From assembly GCA_043228905.1 (NCBI GenBank), contig JBHGNT010000134.1, forward strand, positions 1 to 64,000: a stretch of 64,000 bases of DNA. Reading direction: 5' to 3'. Positions 51,950 through 64,000 of this stretch are shown piece after piece (within the stretch, counting starts at the first letter, position 1; each line of letters begins with the position of its first letter). A program made the translations under genes and the position numbers. This DNA is from Azolla caroliniana. Lineage: Eukaryota; Plantae; Polypodiophyta. The notes under the pieces are model-generated. The model saw only the letters and a program-made list of their open reading frames with translations. It searched no databases and was not told the origin of the DNA.

Positions 51950-53930
51950 GAGGAGCTAGTAGGTAAATTAAAATGTTCATACCTGGATCGTGTGATATCG
52001 GATTTTTGTGTTCAAACTTGGGAATCGAAGCTAACAACGCTAGCTATGATATGGAAATAAAAAATCAAGATTCTAAAACTCAGGTCGAGAGACATGACGA
52101 AATTACCAAATTTGAGGAATGAGTTGAGAAGAGCTAGTAGGTAAATTAAAATGTTCATACCTGGCGAGTGTGATATCGGATTTTTGTGTTCAAACTTGCG
52201 AATCGAAGCTAACAACGCTAGCTATGATATGGAAATAAAAAATCAAGATTCTAAAACTCAGGTCGAGAGACATGACGAAATTACCAAATTTGAGGAATGA
52301 GTTGAGAAGAGCTAGTAGGTAAATTGAAATGTTCATACCTGGCTCGTGTGATATCGGATTTTTGTGTTCAAACTTGCGAATCGAAGCTAACAACGCTAGC
52401 TATGATATGGAATTTAAAAAATCAAGATTTTGAAACTCAGGTCGAGAGACATGACGAAATTACATAATTTGAGGAGGGAGTTCAAAGGAGCCCTTGAGTA
52501 AATTTAAATGTTCATACCTGGCGAGTGTGATATCGGATTTTTGTGTTCAAACTTGCGAATCGAAGCTAACAACGCTAGCTATGATATGGAATTAAAAAAT
52601 CAAGATTTTAAAACTCAGGTCGAGAGACATGACGAAATTACCAAATTTGAGGAATGAGTTGAGAAGAGCTAGTAGGTAAATTAAAATGTTCATACCTGGC
52701 TCGTGTGATATCGGATTTTTGTGTTCAAACTTTCGAATCGAAGCTGACAACGCTAGCTATGATATGGAATTTAAAAAATCAAGATTTTGAAACTCAGGTC
52801 GAGAGACATGACGAAATTACCACATTTGAGGAGGGAGTTCAAAGGAGCCCTTGAGTAAATTAAAATGGTCATACATGGCGAGTGTGATATCGGATTTTTG
52901 TGTTCAAACTTGCGAATCGAAGCTAACAACGCTAGCTATGATATGCAATTAAAAAATCAAGATTTTAAAACTCAGGTCGAAAGACATGACGAAATTACCA
53001 AATTTGAGGAATGAGTTGAGAAGAGCTAGTAGGTAAATTAAAATGTTCATACCTGGCTCGTGTGATATCGGATTTTTGTGTTCAAACTTGGGAATCGAAG
53101 CTAACAACGCTAGCTATGATATGGAATTAAAAAATCAAGTTTTTGAAACTTAGGTCGAGAGCCATGACGAAATTACCACATTTGAGGAGGGAGTTCAAAG
53201 GAGCCCTTGAGTAAATTAAAATGTTCATACCTGGCTCGTGTGATATCGGATTTTTGTATTCAAACATGCGAATCGAAGCTAACAACGCTAGCTATGATAT
53301 GGAATTTAAAAATCAAGATTTTGAAGCTCAGGTCGAGAGACATGACGAAATTACCAAATTTGAGCAGGGAGTTGAGAGGAACCCTTGAGTAAATTAAAAT
53401 GTTCATACCTGGCGAGTGTGATATCGGATTTCTGTGTTCAAACTTGCGAATCGAAGCTAACAACGCTAGCTATGATATGGAATTAAAAAATTAAGATTTT
53501 GAAACTCAAGTCGAAAGACATGACGAAATTACATAATTTGAGGAGGGAGTTGAGAGGAACCCTTAAGTAAATTAAAATGTTCATACCTGGCGAGTGTGAT
53601 ATCGGATTTTTGTGTTCAAACTTGCGAATCGAAGCTAACAACGCTAGCTATGATATGGAAATAAAAAATCAACATTTTAAAACTCAGGTCGAGAGACATG
53701 ACGAAATTACCAAATTTGAGGAATGAGTTGAGAAGAGCTAGTAGGTAAATTAAAATGTTCATACCTGGCTCGTGTGATATCGGATTTTTGTGTTCAAACT
53801 TGCGAATCGAAGCTAACAACGCTAGCTATGATATGGAATTTAAAAAATCAAGATTTTGAAACTCAGGTCGAGAGACATGACGAAATTACATAATTTGAGG
53901 AGGGAGTTCAAAGGAGCCCTTGAGTAAATT
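51950..53930 (+). repeat. Diverged monomer island (about 11 monomers)
   Basis: Dense cluster of variants not seen elsewhere in the window, e.g. TACATAATTT, ATGGTCATACATGG, ATATGCAATT, TGAGCAGGGA, GGAACCCTT, AAGCTGACAA. Confidence 0.85.
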
Positions 53931-54719
53931 AAAATGTTCATACCTGGCGAGTGTGATATCGGATTTTTGTGTTCAAACATGCGAATCGAAGCTAACAACG
54001 CTAGCTATGATATGGAATTAAACATTCAAGATTTTGAAACTCAGGTCGAGAGACATGACGAAATTACCACATTTGAGGAGGGAGTTCAGAGGAGGTCTTG
54101 AGTAAATTAAAATGTTCATACCTGGCGAGTGTGATATCGGATTTTTGTGTTCAAACATGGAATCGAAGCTAACAACGCTAGCTATGATATGGAATTAAAA
54201 AATCAAGATTTTGAAACTCAGGTCGAGAGACATGACGAAATTACCACATTTGAGGAGGGAATTCAGAGGAGGTCTTGAGTAAATTAAAATGTTCATACCT
54301 GGCGAGTGTGATATCGGATTTTTGTGTTCAAACCTGCGAATCGAAGCTAACAACGTTAGCTATGATAAGGAATTAAACATTCAAGATTTTGAAACTCATG
54401 TCGAGAGACATGACGAAATTACCAAATTTTAGGAGGGAGTTCAGAGGAGCTCTTGAGTAAATTAAAATGTTCATACCTAGCGAGTGTGATATCGGATTTT
54501 TGTGTTCAAACTTGCGAATCGAAGCTAACAACGCTAGCTATGATATGGAATTAAAAAATCAAGAATTTGAAACTAAGGTCGAGAGACATGACCAAATTAC
54601 CAAATTTAAGGAATGAGTTGAGAAGAGCTAGTAGGTAAATTAAAATGTTCATACCTGGCTCGTGTGATATCGGATTTTTGTGTTCAAACATGCGAATCGA
54701 AGCTAACAACGCTAGCTAT

Positions 54720-57700
54720 GATATGGAGTTAAAAAATCAAGATTTGGAAACTCAGGTCGAGAGACATGACGAAATTACCAAATTTGAGGAGGGAGTTGAG
54801 AGGAGCCCTTTAGTAAATTAAAATGTTCATACCTGGCGAGTGTGATATCGGATTTTTGTGTTCCAACTTGCGAATCGAAGCTAACAACGCAGGCTATGAT
54901 ATGGAATTAAACATCCTAGAGTTTGAAACTCAGGTCGAGAGACATGACGAAATTACCACATTTGAGGAGGGAGTTCAGAGGAGCTCTTGAGTAAATTAAA
55001 ATGTTCATACCTGGCGAGTGTGATATCGGATTTTTGTGTTCAAACATGCGAATCGAAGCTAACAACGCTAGCTATGATATGGAATTAAAAAATCAAGATT
55101 TTGAAACTCAGGTCGAGAGACATGACGAAATTACCACATTTGAGGAGGGAGTTCAGAGGAGCTCTTGAGTAAATTAAAATGTTCATACCTGGCGAGTGTG
55201 ATATCGGATTTCTGTTTTCAAACTTGCGAATCGAAGCTAACAACGCTAGCTATGATATGGAATTAAAAAATCAAGATTTTGAAACTCAAGTCGAGAGACA
55301 TGAAGAAATTACCACATTTGAGGAGGGAGTTCAAAGGAGCCCTTGAGTAAATTAAAATGTTCATACCTGGCGAGTGTGATATCGGATTTTTGTGTTCAAA
55401 CTTGCGAATCGAAGCTAACAACGCTAGCTATGATATGGAATTAAAAAATCAAGATTTTAAAACTCAGGTCGAGAGACATGACGAAATTACAAAATTTGAG
55501 GAATGAGTTGAGAAGAGCTAGTAGGTAAATTAAAATGTTCATACCTGGCTCGTGTGATATCGGATTTTTGTGTTCAAACTTGTGAATCGAAGATAACAAC
55601 GCTAGCTATGATATGGAATTTAAAAAATCAAGATTTTGAAACTCAGGTCGAGAGACATGACCAAATTACCAAATTTAAGGAATGAGTTGAGAAGAGCTAG
55701 TAGGTAAATTAAAATGTTCATACCTGGCTCGTGTGATATCGGATTTTTGTGTTCAAACATGCGAATCGAAGCTAATAACGCTAGCTATGATATGGAGTTA
55801 AAAAATCAAGATTTTAAAACTCAGGTCGAAAGACATGACGAAATTACCAAAATTGAGGAATGAGTTGAGAAGAGCTAGTAGGTAAATTAAAATGTTCATA
55901 CCTGGCTCGTGTGATATCGGATTTTTGTGTTCAAACTTGTGAATCGAAGCTAACAACGCTAGCTATGATATGGAATTAAAAAATCAAGATTTTGAAACTC
56001 AGGTCGAGAGCCATGACGAAATTACCACATTTGAGGAGGGAGTTGAGAGGAGCACTTGAGTAAATTAAAATGTTCATACCTAGCGAGTGTGATATTGGAT
56101 TTTTGTTTTCAAACCTCCGAATCGAAGCTAACAACGCAGGCTATGATATGGAATTAGAAAATCAAGATTTTGAAACTCAGGTCGAGAGCCATGACGAAAT
56201 TACCACATTTGAGGAGGGAGTTCAAAGGAGCCCTTGAGTAAATTAAAATGTTCATACCTGGCTCGTGTGATATCGGATTTTTGTATTCAAACATGCGAAT
56301 CGAAGCTAACAACGCTAGCTATGATATGGAATTAAAAAATCAAGATTTTGAAACTCAGGTCGAGAGACATGACGAAATTACCAAATTTGAGGACTAAGTT
56401 GAGAGGAGCCCTTGAGTAAATTAAAATATGTTCATACCTGGCTCGTGTGATATCGGATTTTTGTGTTCAAACTTGCGAATCGAAGCTAACAACGCTAGCT
56501 ATGATATGGAATTAAAAAATCAAGATTTGGAAACTCAGGTCGAGAGACATGACGAAATTACCAAATTTGAGGAGGGAGTTGAGAGGAGCCCTTTAGTAAA
56601 TTAAAATGTTCATACCTGGCGAGTGTGATATCGGATTTTTGTGTTCCAACTTGCGAATCGAAGCTAACAACGCAGGCTATGATATGGAATTAAACATCCT
56701 AGAGTTTGAAACTCAGGTCGAGAGACATGACGAAATTACCACATTTGAGGAGGGAGTTCAGAGGAGCTCTTGAGTAAATTAAAATGTTCATACCTGGCGA
56801 GTGTGATATCGGATTTTTGTGTTCAAACATGCGAATCGAAGCTAACAACGCTAGCTATGATATGGAATTAAAAAATCAAGATTTTGAAACTCAGGTCGAG
56901 AGACATGACGAAATTACCACATTTGAGGAGGGAGTTGAGAGGAGCTCTTGAGTAAATTAAAATGTTCATACCTGGCGAGTGTGATATCGGATTTCTGTTT
57001 TCAAACTTGCGAATCGAAGCTAACAACGCTAGCTATGATATGGAATTAAAAAATCAAGATTTTGAAACTCAAGTCGAGAGACATGAAGAAATTACCACAT
57101 TTGAGGAGGGAGTTCAAAGGAGCCCTTGAGTAAATTAAAATGTTCATACCTGGCGAGTGTGATATCGGATTTTTGTGTTCAAACTTGCGAATCGAAGCTA
57201 ACAACGCTAGCTATGATATGGAATTAAAAAATCAAGATTTTAAAACTCAGGTCGAGAGACATGACGAAATTACAAAATTTGAGGAATGAGTTGAGAAGAG
57301 CTAGTAGGTAAATTAAAATGTTCATACCTGGCTCGTGTGATATCGGATTTTTGTGTTCAAACTTGTGAATCGAAGATAACAACGCTAGCTATGATATGGA
57401 ATTTAAAAAATCAAGATTTTGAAACTCAGGTCGAGAGACATGACCAAATTACCAAATTTAAGGAATGAGTTGAGAAGAGCTAGTAGGTAAATTAAAATGT
57501 TCATACCTGGCTCGTGTGATATCGGATTTTTGTGTTCAAACATGCGAATCGAAGCTAATAACGCTAGCTATGATATGGAGTTAAAAAATCAAGATTTTAA
57601 AACTCAGGTCGAAAGACATGACGAAATTACCAAAATTGAGGAATGAGTTGAGAAGAGCTAGTAGGTAAATTAAAATGTTCATACCTGGCTCGTGTGATAT

Positions 57701-58000
57701 CGGATTTTTGTGTTCAAACTTGTGAATCGAAGCTAACAACGCTAGCTATGATATGGAATTAAAAAATCAAGATTTTGAAACTCAGGTCGAGAGCCATGAC
57801 GAAATTACCACATTTGAGGAGGGAGTTGAGAGGAGCACTTGAGTAAATTAAAATGTTCATACCTAGCGAGTGTGATATTGGATTTTTGTTTTCAAACCTC
57901 CGAATCGAAGCTAACAACGCAGGCTATGATATGGAATTAGAAAATCAAGATTTTGAAACTCAGGTCGAGAGCCATGACGAAATTACCACATTTGAGGAGG
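54720..58000 (+). repeat. Tandem 10-monomer duplication (1783 bp)
   Basis: CCTAGAGTTT at 54915/56698, AGATAAC at 55591/57374, CAAAATTGAGG at 55848/57631. Confidence 0.9.
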
Positions 58001-61000
58001 GAGTTCAGAGGAGGTCTTGAGTAAATTAAAATGTTCATACCTGGCTCGTGTGATATCGGATTTTTGTGTTCAAACATGCGAATCGAAGCTAACAACGCTA
58101 GCTATGATATGGAGTTAAAAAATCAAGATTTGGAAACTCAGGTCAAGAGACATGACGAAATTACCAAATTTCAGGAGGGAGTTGAGAGGAGCACTTGAGT
58201 AAATTAAAATGTTCATACCTGGCGAGTGTGATATTGGATTTTTGTTTTCAAACCTCCGAATCGAAGCTAACAACGCAGGCTATGATATGGAATTAGAAAA
58301 TCAAGATTTTGAAACTCAGGTCGAGAGACATGACGAAATTACCACATTTGAGGAGGGAGTTCAAAGGAGCCCTTGAGTAAATTAAAATGTTCATACCTGG
58401 CGAGTGTGATATCGGATTTTTGTGTTCAAACTTGCGAATCGAAGCTAATAACGCTAGCTATGATATGGAATTAAAAAATCAAGATTTTAAAACTCAGGTC
58501 GAAAGACATGACAAAATTACCACATTTGAGGAGGGAGTTGAGAGGAGCTCTTGAGTAAATTAAAATGTTCATACCTGGCGAGTGTGATATCGGATTTTTG
58601 TTTTCAAACTTGTGAATCGAAGCTAACAACGCAGGCTATGATATGGAATTAAAAAATCAAGATTTTGAAACTCAGGTCGAGAGACATGACGAAATTACCA
58701 CATTTGAGGAGGGAGTTCAGAGGAGGTCTTGAGTAAATTAAAATGTTCATACCTGGCGAGTGTGATATCGGATTTTTGTGTTCAAACATGGAATCGAAGC
58801 TAACAACGCTAGCTATGATATGGAATTAAAAAATCAAGATTTTGAAACTCAGGTCGAGAGACATGACGAAATTACCACATTTGAGGAGGGAGTTCAGAGG
58901 AGCTCTTGAGTAAATTAAAATGTTCATACCTGGCGAGTGTGATATCGGATTTTTGTGTTCAAACATGCGAATCGAAGCTAACAACGTTAGCTATGATAAG
59001 GAATTAAACATTCAAGATTTTGAAACTCAAGTCGAGAGTCATGACGAAATTACCAAATTTCAGGAGGGAGTTCAGAGGAGCTCTTGAGTAAATTAAAATG
59101 TTCATACCTAGCGAGTGTGATATCGGATTTTTGTGTTCAAACTTGCGAATCGAAGCTAACAACGCTAGCTATGATATGGAATTAAAAAATCAAGATTTTG
59201 AAACTTAGGTCGAGAGACATGACGAAATTACCAAATTTAAGGAATGAGTTGAGAAGAGCTAGTCGGTAAATTAAAATGTTCATACCTGGCTCGTGTGATA
59301 TCGGATTTTTGTGTTCAAACATGCGAATCGAAGCTAACAACGCTAGCTATGATATGGAGTTAAAAAATCAAGATTTTGAAACTCAGGTCGAGAGACATGA
59401 CGAAATTACCACATTTGAGGAGGGAGTTGAGAGGAGCCCTTGAGTAAATTAAAATGTTCATACCTGGCTCGTGTGATATCGGATTTTTGTGTTCAAACAT
59501 GCGAATCGAAGCTAACAACGCTAGCTATCATCTGGAATTAAAAAATCAAGATTTTGAAACTCAGGTCGAGAGACATGACGAAATTACCAAATTTGAGGAG
59601 GTTGTTTAGAGGAGCTAGTAGGTAAATTAAAATGTTCATACCTGGCTCGTGTGATATCGGATTTTTGTTTTCAAACTTGCGAATCGAAGCTAACAACGCA
59701 GGCTATGATATGGAATTAAAAAATCAAGATTTTGAAACTCAGGTCGAGAGACATGACGAAATTACCACATTTGAGGAGGGAGTTCAAAGGATCCCTTGAG
59801 TAAAGGAAAATGTTCATACCTGGCGAGTGTGATATCGGATTTTTGTGTTCAAACTTGCGAATCGAAGCTAACAACGCTAGCTATGATATGGAATTAAACA
59901 TTCAAGATTTTGAAACTCAGGTCGAGAGACATGACGAAATTACCACATTTGAGGAGGGAGTTCAGAGGAGCTCTTGAGTAAATTAAAATGTTCATACCTG
60001 GCGAGTGTGATATCGGATTTTTGTGTTCAAACATGTGAATCGAAGCTAACAACGCTAGCTATGATATGGAATTAAAAAATCAAGATTTTGAAACTCAGGT
60101 CGAGAGACATGACGAAATTACCACATTTGAGGAGGGAGTTCAGAGGAGCTCTTGAGTAAATTAAAATGTTCATACCTGGCGAGTGTGATATCGGATTTTT
60201 GTGTTCAAACGTGCGAATCGAAGCTAACAACGTTAGCTATGATATGGAATTAAACATTCAAGATTTTGAAACTCAAGTCGAGAGACATGACGAAATTACC
60301 AAATTTTAGGAGGGAGTTCAGAGGCGCTCTTGAGTAAATTAAAATGTTCATACCTAGCGAGTGTGATATCGGATTTTTGTGTTCAAACTTGCGAATCGAA
60401 GCTAACAACGCTAGCTATGATATGGAATTAAAAAATCAAGATTTTGAAACTAAGGTCGAGAGACATGACCAAATTACCAAATTTAAGGAATGAGTTGAGA
60501 AGAGCTAATAGGTAAATTAAAATGTTCATACCTTGCTCGTGTGATATCGGATTTTTGTGTTCAAACATGCGAATCGAAGCTAACAACGCTAGCTATGATA
60601 TGGAGTTAAAAAATCAAGATTTGGAAACTCAGGTCGAGAGACATGACGAAATTACCAAATTTGAGGAGGGAGTTGAGAGGAGCCCTTTAGTAAATTAAAA
60701 TGTTCATACCTGGCGAGTGTGATATCGGATTTTTGTGTTCCAACTTGCGAATCGAAGCTAACAACGCAGGCTATGATATGGAATTAAACATCCTAGATTT
60801 TGAAACTCAGGTCGAGAGACATGACGAAATTACCACATTTGAGGAGGGAGTTCAGAGGAGCTCTTGAGTAAATTAAAATGTTCATACCTGGCGAGTGTGA
60901 TATCGGATTTTTGTGTTCAAACATGCGAATCGAAGCTAACAACACTAGCTATGATATGGGATTAAAAAATCAAGATTTTGAAACTCAGGTCGAGAGACAT

Positions 61001-64000
61001 GACGAAATTACCACATTTGAGGAGGGAGTTCAGAGGAGCTCTTGAGTAAATTAAAATGTTCATACCTGGCGAGTGTGATATCGGATTTTTGTTTTCAAAC
61101 TTGCGAATCGAAGCTAACAACGCTAGCTATGATATGGAATTAAAAAATCAAGATTTTGAAACTCAAGTCGAGAGACATGACGAAATTACCACATTTGAGG
61201 AGGGAGTTCAAAGGAGCCCTTGAGTAAATTAAAATGTTCATACCTGGCGAGTGTGATATCGGATTTTTGTGTTCAAACTTGCGAATCGAAGCTAACAACG
61301 CTAGCTATGATATGGAATTAAACATTCAAGATTTTGAAACTCAGGTCGAGAGACATGACGAAATTACCACATTTGAGGAGGGAGTTCAAAGGATCCCTTG
61401 AGTAAAGGAAAATGTTCATACCTGGCGAGTGTGATATCGGATTTTTGTGTTCAAACTTGCGAATCGAAGCTAACAACGCTAGCTATGATATGGAATTAAA
61501 CATTCAAGATTTTGAAACTCAGGTCGAGAGACATGACGAAATTACCACATTTGAGGAGGGAGTTCAGAGGAGCTCTTGAGTAAATTAAAATGTTCATACC
61601 TGGCGAGTGTGATATCGGATTTTTGTGTTCAAACATGTGAATCGAAGCTAACAACGCTAGCTATGATATGGAGTTAAAAAATCAAGATTTTGAAACTCAG
61701 GTCGAGAGACATGACGAAATTACCACATTTGAGGAGGGAGTTCAGAGGAGCTCTTGAGTAAATTAAAATTTTCATACCTGGCGAGTGTGATATCGGATTT
61801 TTGTGTTCAAACGTGCGAATCGAAGCTAACAACGTTAGCTATGATATGGAATTAAACATTCAAGATTTTGAAACTCAAGTCGAGAGACATGACGAAATTA
61901 CCAAATTTTAGGAGGGAGTTCACAGGCGCTCTTGAGTAAATTAAAATGTTCATACCTAGCGAGTGTGATATCGGATTTTTGTGTTCAAACTTGCGAATCG
62001 AAGCTAACAACGCTAGCTATGATATGGAATTAAAAAATCAAGATTTTGAAACTAAGGTCGAGAGACATGACCAAATTACCAAATTTAAGGAATGAGTTGA
62101 GAAGAGCTAATAGGTAAATTAAAATGTTCATACCTTGCTCGTGTGATATCGGATTTTTGTGTTCAAACATGCGAATCGAAGCTAACAACGCTAGCTATCA
62201 TCTGGAATTAAAAAATCAAGATTTTGAAACTCAGGTCGAGAGACATGACGAAATTACCAAATTTGAGGAGGTTGTTTAGAGGAGCTAGTAGGTAAATTAA
62301 AATGTTCATACCTGGCTCGTGTGATATCGGATTTTTGTTTTCAAACTTGCGAATCGAAGCTAACAACGCAGGCTATGATATGGAATTAAAAAATCAAGAT
62401 TTTGAAACTCAGGTCGAGAGACATGACGAAATTACCACATTTGAGGAGGGAGTTCAAAGGAGCTCTTGAGTAAATTAAAATGTTCATACCTGGCGAGTGT
62501 GATATCGGATTTTTGTGTTCAAACATGCGAATCGAAGCTAACAACGCTAGCTATGATATGGGATTAAAAAATCAAGATTTTGAAACTCAGGTCGAGAGAC
62601 ATGACGAAATTACCACATTTGAGGAGGGAGTTCAGAGGAGCTCTTGAGTAAATTAAAATGTTCATACCTGGCGAGTGTGATATCGGATTTTTGTTTTCAA
62701 ACTTGCGAATCGAAGCTAACAACGCTAGCTATGATATGGAATTAAAAAATCAAGATTTTGAAACTCAAGTCGAGAGACATGACGAAATTACCACATTTGA
62801 GGAGGGAGTTCAAAGGAGCCCTTGAGTAAATTAAAATGTTCATACCTGGCGAGTGTGATATCGGATTTTTGTGTTCAAACTTGCGAATCGAAGCTAACAA
62901 CGCTAGCTATGATATGGAATTAAACATTCAAGATTTTGAAACTCAGGTCGAGAGACATGACGAAATTACCACATTTGAGGAGGGAGTTGAGAGGAGCCCT
63001 TGAGTAAATTAAAATGTTCATACCTGGCTCGTGTGATATCGGATTTTTGTGTTCAAACATGCGAATCGAAGCTAACAACGCTAGCTATCATCTGGAATTA
63101 AAAAATCAAGATTTTGAAACTCAGGTCGAGAGACATGACGAAATTACCAAATTTGAGGAGGTTGTTTAGAGGAGCTAGTAGGTAAATTAAAATGTTCATA
63201 CCTGGCTCGTGTGATATCGGATATTTGTTTTCAAACTTGCGAATCGAAGCTAACAACGCAGGCTATGATATGGAATTAAAAAATCAAGATTTTGAAACTC
63301 AGGTCGAGAGACATGACGAAATTACCACATTTGAGGAGGGAGTTCAAAGGATCCCTTGAGTAAAGGAAAATGTTCATACCTGGCGAGTGTGATATCGGAT
63401 TTTTGTGTTCAAACTTGCGAATCGAAGCTAACAACGCTAGCTATGATATGGAATTAAACATTCAAGATTTTGAAACTCAGGTCGAGAGACATGACGAAAT
63501 TACCACATTTGAGGAGGGAGTTCAGAGGAGCTCTTGAGTAAATTAAAATGTTCATACCTGGCGAGTGTGATATCGGATTTTTGTGTTCAAACATGTGAAT
63601 CGAAGCTAACAACGCTAGCTATGATATGGAATTAAAAAATCAAGATTTTGAAATTCAGGTCGAGAGACATGACGAAATTACCACATTTGAGGAGGGAGTT
63701 CAGAGGAGCTCTTGAGTAAATTAAAATGTTCATACCTGGCGAGTGTGATATCGGATTTTTGTGTTCAAACGTGCGAATCGAAGCTAACAACGTTAGCTAT
63801 GATATGGAATTAAACATTCAAGATTTTGAAACTCAAGTCGAGAGACATGACGAAATTACCAAATTTTAGGAGGGAGTTCAGAGGCGCTCTTGAGTAAATT
63901 AAAATGTTCATACCTAGCGAGTGTGATATCGGATTTTTGTGTTCAAACTTGCGAATCGAAGCTAACAACGCTAGCTATGATATGGAATTAAAAAATCAAG

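Larger units (their letters stand above)
1..64000 (+). repeat. Tandem satellite DNA array, 178-bp monomer, about 360 copies, single orientation (candidate centromeric/heterochromatic satellite)
   Basis: AACGCTAGCTATGATATGG recurs at 1, 179, 357 and onward with a 178-bp period to the window end. No non-satellite sequence or inverted monomer was seen. The array runs off both window edges. Centromeric function is inference only. Confidence 0.99.

Noticed and set aside
18253-53819. Remaining 61-88 aa ORFs on both strands
   Set aside because: They span about one to one and a half monomers, arise from single stop-loss variants or indels, and show no recognisable domain. A 178-bp unit is not a multiple of 3, so no coding repeat can be sustained.
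1-64000. CRISPR array or other repeat-spacer system
   Set aside because: There are no unique spacers. The variable segment is a small set of related alleles of the same sequence, and no cas or other genes are present.

Overview
The whole 64-kb window is one uninterrupted head-to-tail tandem satellite array of about 360 monomers. The monomer is 178 bp, about 38% GC by hand count of the consensus, and every copy is in the same orientation. I see no genes, RNA genes, transposons, CRISPR arrays or unique sequence; the ORF-track entries are chance read-throughs of the satellite. Consensus: AACGCTAGCTATGATATGGAATTAAAAAATCAAGATTTTGAAACTCAGGTCGAGAGACATGACGAAATTACCACATTTGAGGAGGGAGTTCAGAGGAGCTCTTGAGTAAATTAAAATGTTCATACCTGGCGAGTGTGATATCGGATTTTTGTGTTCAAACATGCGAATCGAAGCTAAC. 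Monomer length and homogeneity fit a eukaryotic centromeric or heterochromatic satellite, but I cannot assign family or species. The informative signal is in the variants. They show nested higher-order repeats (2-, 3-, 10-, 11-, 13- and 24-mers plus 8-10 kb superblocks) whose duplication order can be reconstructed, a switch of variant library near 40 kb, a 35-bp templated insertion propagated by an 11-mer duplication, a diverged island at about 52-54 kb, an in-register conversion tract near 62.2 kb, and transitions at CG and CWG sites suggestive of plant-type methylation. I found no evidence of a novel coding system. All offsets were measured by eye from marker variants, and block boundaries are approximate (about one monomer).
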